In this document: piece after piece, positions 61,259-64,000 of the stretch
Layout: each line of letters opens with the position of its first letter
Numbering within the stretch: the stretch's first letter is position 1
Source: Antedon mediterranea
Lineage: Eukaryota; Animalia; Echinodermata
Length of the DNA stretch: 64,000 bases
Direction of reading: 5' to 3'
Assembly: GCF_964355755.1 (NCBI RefSeq)
Contig: NC_092677.1
Coordinates: 25,469,175-25,533,174, forward strand
Notes under the pieces: generated by a model
The model's input: only the letters and a program-made list of their open reading frames with translations
What the model was told of the DNA's origin: nothing
The model's database searches: none
Translations under genes and position numbers: made by a program

Positions 61259-62100
61259 AAAGGTACTCGCTGTTCGATGCGTATGAAATAAAAAAAATAA
61301 AACGATGTTTCATAAACTGTTACAGAAAACAAAACGATATCAAGTCAACCACAAACAGTCGTGCTTCCAGAATTTGATTCGTCCAGTGGAAAAACTGATG
61401 AGACCTCCAGCAACAGTGAAGACTTTAATTTTTAGAAACATTTGTTGTTTTGTTCAAATATTGCAATTAATTTTGACGCATTGGTTTAGTGAATGCATGC
61501 TCACAAATTTTAATAGTCAGTGTGTGAGATATAGGGATTTTTATGCAGAAAGAAGTTCTCAGTTATTTGTATCTGATTTTCTTTAATTGCATTAAATGTA
61601 AAAAAGTATGCAGAATTATTGTTTTATAGTACAATTTTTATACGATTTTGAGAAAAATGTGCATAAAAGTATTTGAATAAAAAAAAAAGTAATATTTCTT
61701 CTGTTAAAAAATTTTTGGCAGATTTATTGTTTTATAGTACACATTTCTTTCCAAATATCTTTTTCTACGATTTTGAGAAAATTAAAAAAAAGTAATATTT
61801 CTTCTGTTAAATTGGTATTTGTTCTATTGATAATTTACAGTAATTTGTTTTAGATATACGTTGTAGTTTGTAAGTAAAGCTTGGTTCCCACTAGCGACGC
61901 AACGTAAGGCAACCTACGCAACGTAAGAAAGTCCCCTTCCAATAATTGTATTTTCCCCCACCTGCGTAAAATCAAACCTGCGATGTTTGAAGCACTGTTT
62001 CATCGTCGGTTCCCACATGTGATTACTGAATACATCACTTTGCTTTGCGTCGATCCGGCGTTGCGTTACGTTCTAGTTAGAACCACGCTTAACGTTTCAG

Positions 62101-62185
62101 CGAAGGGACGTATCTGCCCAGGGACGTTTCTGCCCAGGGACGTTTCGGTCCAGGGACGTTTCTGTCCAGGGACGTTTTTTGCAGA
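62101..62185. repeat. 16-bp tandem repeat (agggacgtttctgccc) x~5
   Basis: Seen directly. Confidence 0.8.
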
Positions 62186-62549
62186 GGGATATGTAAGCAA
62201 AAATAATAATAAAGCAAATAAAAAAGATACCATTATGAAATTGAGCTATTGGTACAAGTACTACTGTATATACTGTACTAGCATCAGTATACAAGCAAGG
62301 TAATAAACATGTATTCGTGCAATGGTACAAATAATTTCATCGGAGGTGAAAGTTGTTCTATTTTTACGTCCGAAAATTATTTGAAACTTTCTTCTCCCCA
62401 TAAAGAATTCCTTCGTATCCAGCTGCCGCCAAATGACACTCATTAGTCGTCGGTCCATTTGGTTTTAGTCGTCAGAAAGTTGTAGTATAACTTTTCTTCT
62501 TTTCAATTTCGAGTTTAAGGTGTTCGGGACTGGTGTTTAAATGACACTA

Positions 62550-63639
62550 TTAGTCAGTCCATTTTGTTGAAATTTCCATTGTAACTTTTCTTTTTTTCCA
62601 TTTCGACTTTGGAGGATTTGGGTCAGGTCTTTCAAATCGTACTATTCCCATTGACTCCTCTATCCGACTGTTCATCAGTTTTGAAGTGTTCATAAAATAG
62701 TTGCATCTTGAGTTTGATGCCACGTGCTGTATATTCGTATCGTGTTGATCTTTTCCCTTTTCCACTTCTTGGAAGCAATCTTTGATAAAATTGGACTGTA
62801 GCATTTTAAATGTTGCTAAATCATCTTTAAATGAATCGCCATATTCAACAATTCTTTCTTTGAATCTTTTCAGAAAATAATCGTAAAGTTGACTGTCTGC
62901 CCAATTCCAATTTCGAATGTGTTGTTTAAGATTGCTGTCGAGTACACTCCGTTTAACTTTTTTTCTTCGATTTATTGGTAAATAAACCAAATCGCGTAAA
63001 TCCCAGCAAAGAACTTTGCTAAGTAAAACTAAAGATTCGTCATAGTATTCATTTATCAGTATCAAATCCATTTCTTTGTCAAGTTTTCTTATTTTCGTGG
63101 TTACAATCCCGGTATTTCTAAAATCTTTCTTATCCAGGCCTAGATCAAAAAACTGGCTGTTGTGAATGTATGGTAATTTGTCGTAAGTGATGCGTGACAT
63201 GTAAAATTTCGTTTTCCTGAAGAACTCTTGCATTTGTCTGAAGTGGGTTCGTCCTGGTACGAACTGACCAAAATAAAAGAAGATAAAGGAGGACTCAAAT
63301 TGTAGAGCTGGCTCTCTTAGAATGGAAATATAGACGGGATCACGTCGCATGAACTCGTTAAAAATGTCCGGCGTGTATCGAACATGTAGCGTCAATATAT
63401 TGTATTTATAATGTTTAAAGTCTCCCACAGCAACTCCTTGAGGTGGTATGAACGATTGATAAGATATTGCGTTAAATCGTTTGTTGCTGCTGTGAAAATT
63501 GGTTTCATATTGTAGCTTGCGAACAAACGATAAAGAGTGTTCATATCCGTAGATGTCAACGAGCCGCGAAAGCGTCGTGCTGCCTGTTTTGTGAGTTTTG
63601 GCAAAAACTATCGTCTGTCTTGGCTTGCATTCCCGCCAA
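62550..63639 (-). CDS. Galactose-3-O-sulfotransferase (GAL3ST/cerebroside sulfotransferase-like) catalytic exon; upstream exon(s) not identified, probably outside window
   Basis: The frame extends upstream of the track ORF: CKPRQTIVFAKTHKTGSTTL (5'-PSB), YISILREPALQFESSF (3'-PB), NSQFFDLG, LILINEYYDESLVLL..LCW, WNWADSQLYDYF. Acceptor ..tcttatcaaag at 63640. Confidence 0.9.
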
Positions 63640-64000
63640 CTTTGATAAGAATGAAGAAAGAATAATATGCACTCATTACAGTAATATTAATGTCCTATTA
63701 TTTTTTTCAAACTAGATATTTTATGCAATTGTACTATATTTTGTTTAATAATATGAAAACTGATCCTTATAAACCCTGGTTCCCAATAAGGTAACGCAAA
63801 GACGGAAGCGCAACGCAAATTTGGTCAATCATGACGCGATGATAACAGACCAATGGCAAGTGAAAGTTTGAATAATCCAACGCATGTGATTGGTCACTTT
63901 CGTTTCTTGTGGGAAATTGAACCAAGCTAATTCCTTGCGTTGCATCCATCCAACCGTACCAATGATTTGTAATAAATATAGTAAAATGTTGGGTTTCGTG

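Noticed and set aside
63392-63604. Separate ORF or frameshift upstream of the sulfotransferase
   Set aside because: The sulfotransferase frame is open from 63639 (KTHKTGSTT motif) into the 62550-63428 ORF; the 70-aa ORF is an off-frame shadow.

Overview
AT-rich, intron-containing eukaryotic DNA from an invertebrate animal. A marine deuterostome such as an echinoderm is plausible but is inference. Gene order: (1) + strand giant low-complexity terminal exon, probably USF3-like (<1-4345); (2) - strand SRP receptor alpha, SRPRA (8529-15091), head-to-head with (3) + strand GH35 beta-galactosidase-like, GLB1L2/3-type (15405-26264); (4) - strand MPHOSPH6/MPP6 (28427-30990), head-to-head with (5) + strand piRNA-pathway gene TDRD12 (31418-~59686); (6) an antisense intronless pseudokinase + beta-propeller-like gene with a frameshift, nested in a TDRD12 intron (39423-41080); (7) - strand galactose-3-O-sulfotransferase-like last exon (62550-63639). 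Introns are dense with non-autonomous transposons: about 40 copies of one Harbinger-like MITE, plus Kolobok-, piggyBac-, pogo/Tc1-, hAT- and Crypton-like elements, tRNA-derived SINEs and a 5S rRNA-derived SINE. Most unusual observations: an apparent Armadillo-repeat module spliced in frame into TDRD12 between its last Tudor and CS domains, the nested pseudokinase, repeat-associated local duplications, and TA+CWGTA excision footprints visible against repeat consensus. Exon coordinates were read by eye and may be off by a few bases.
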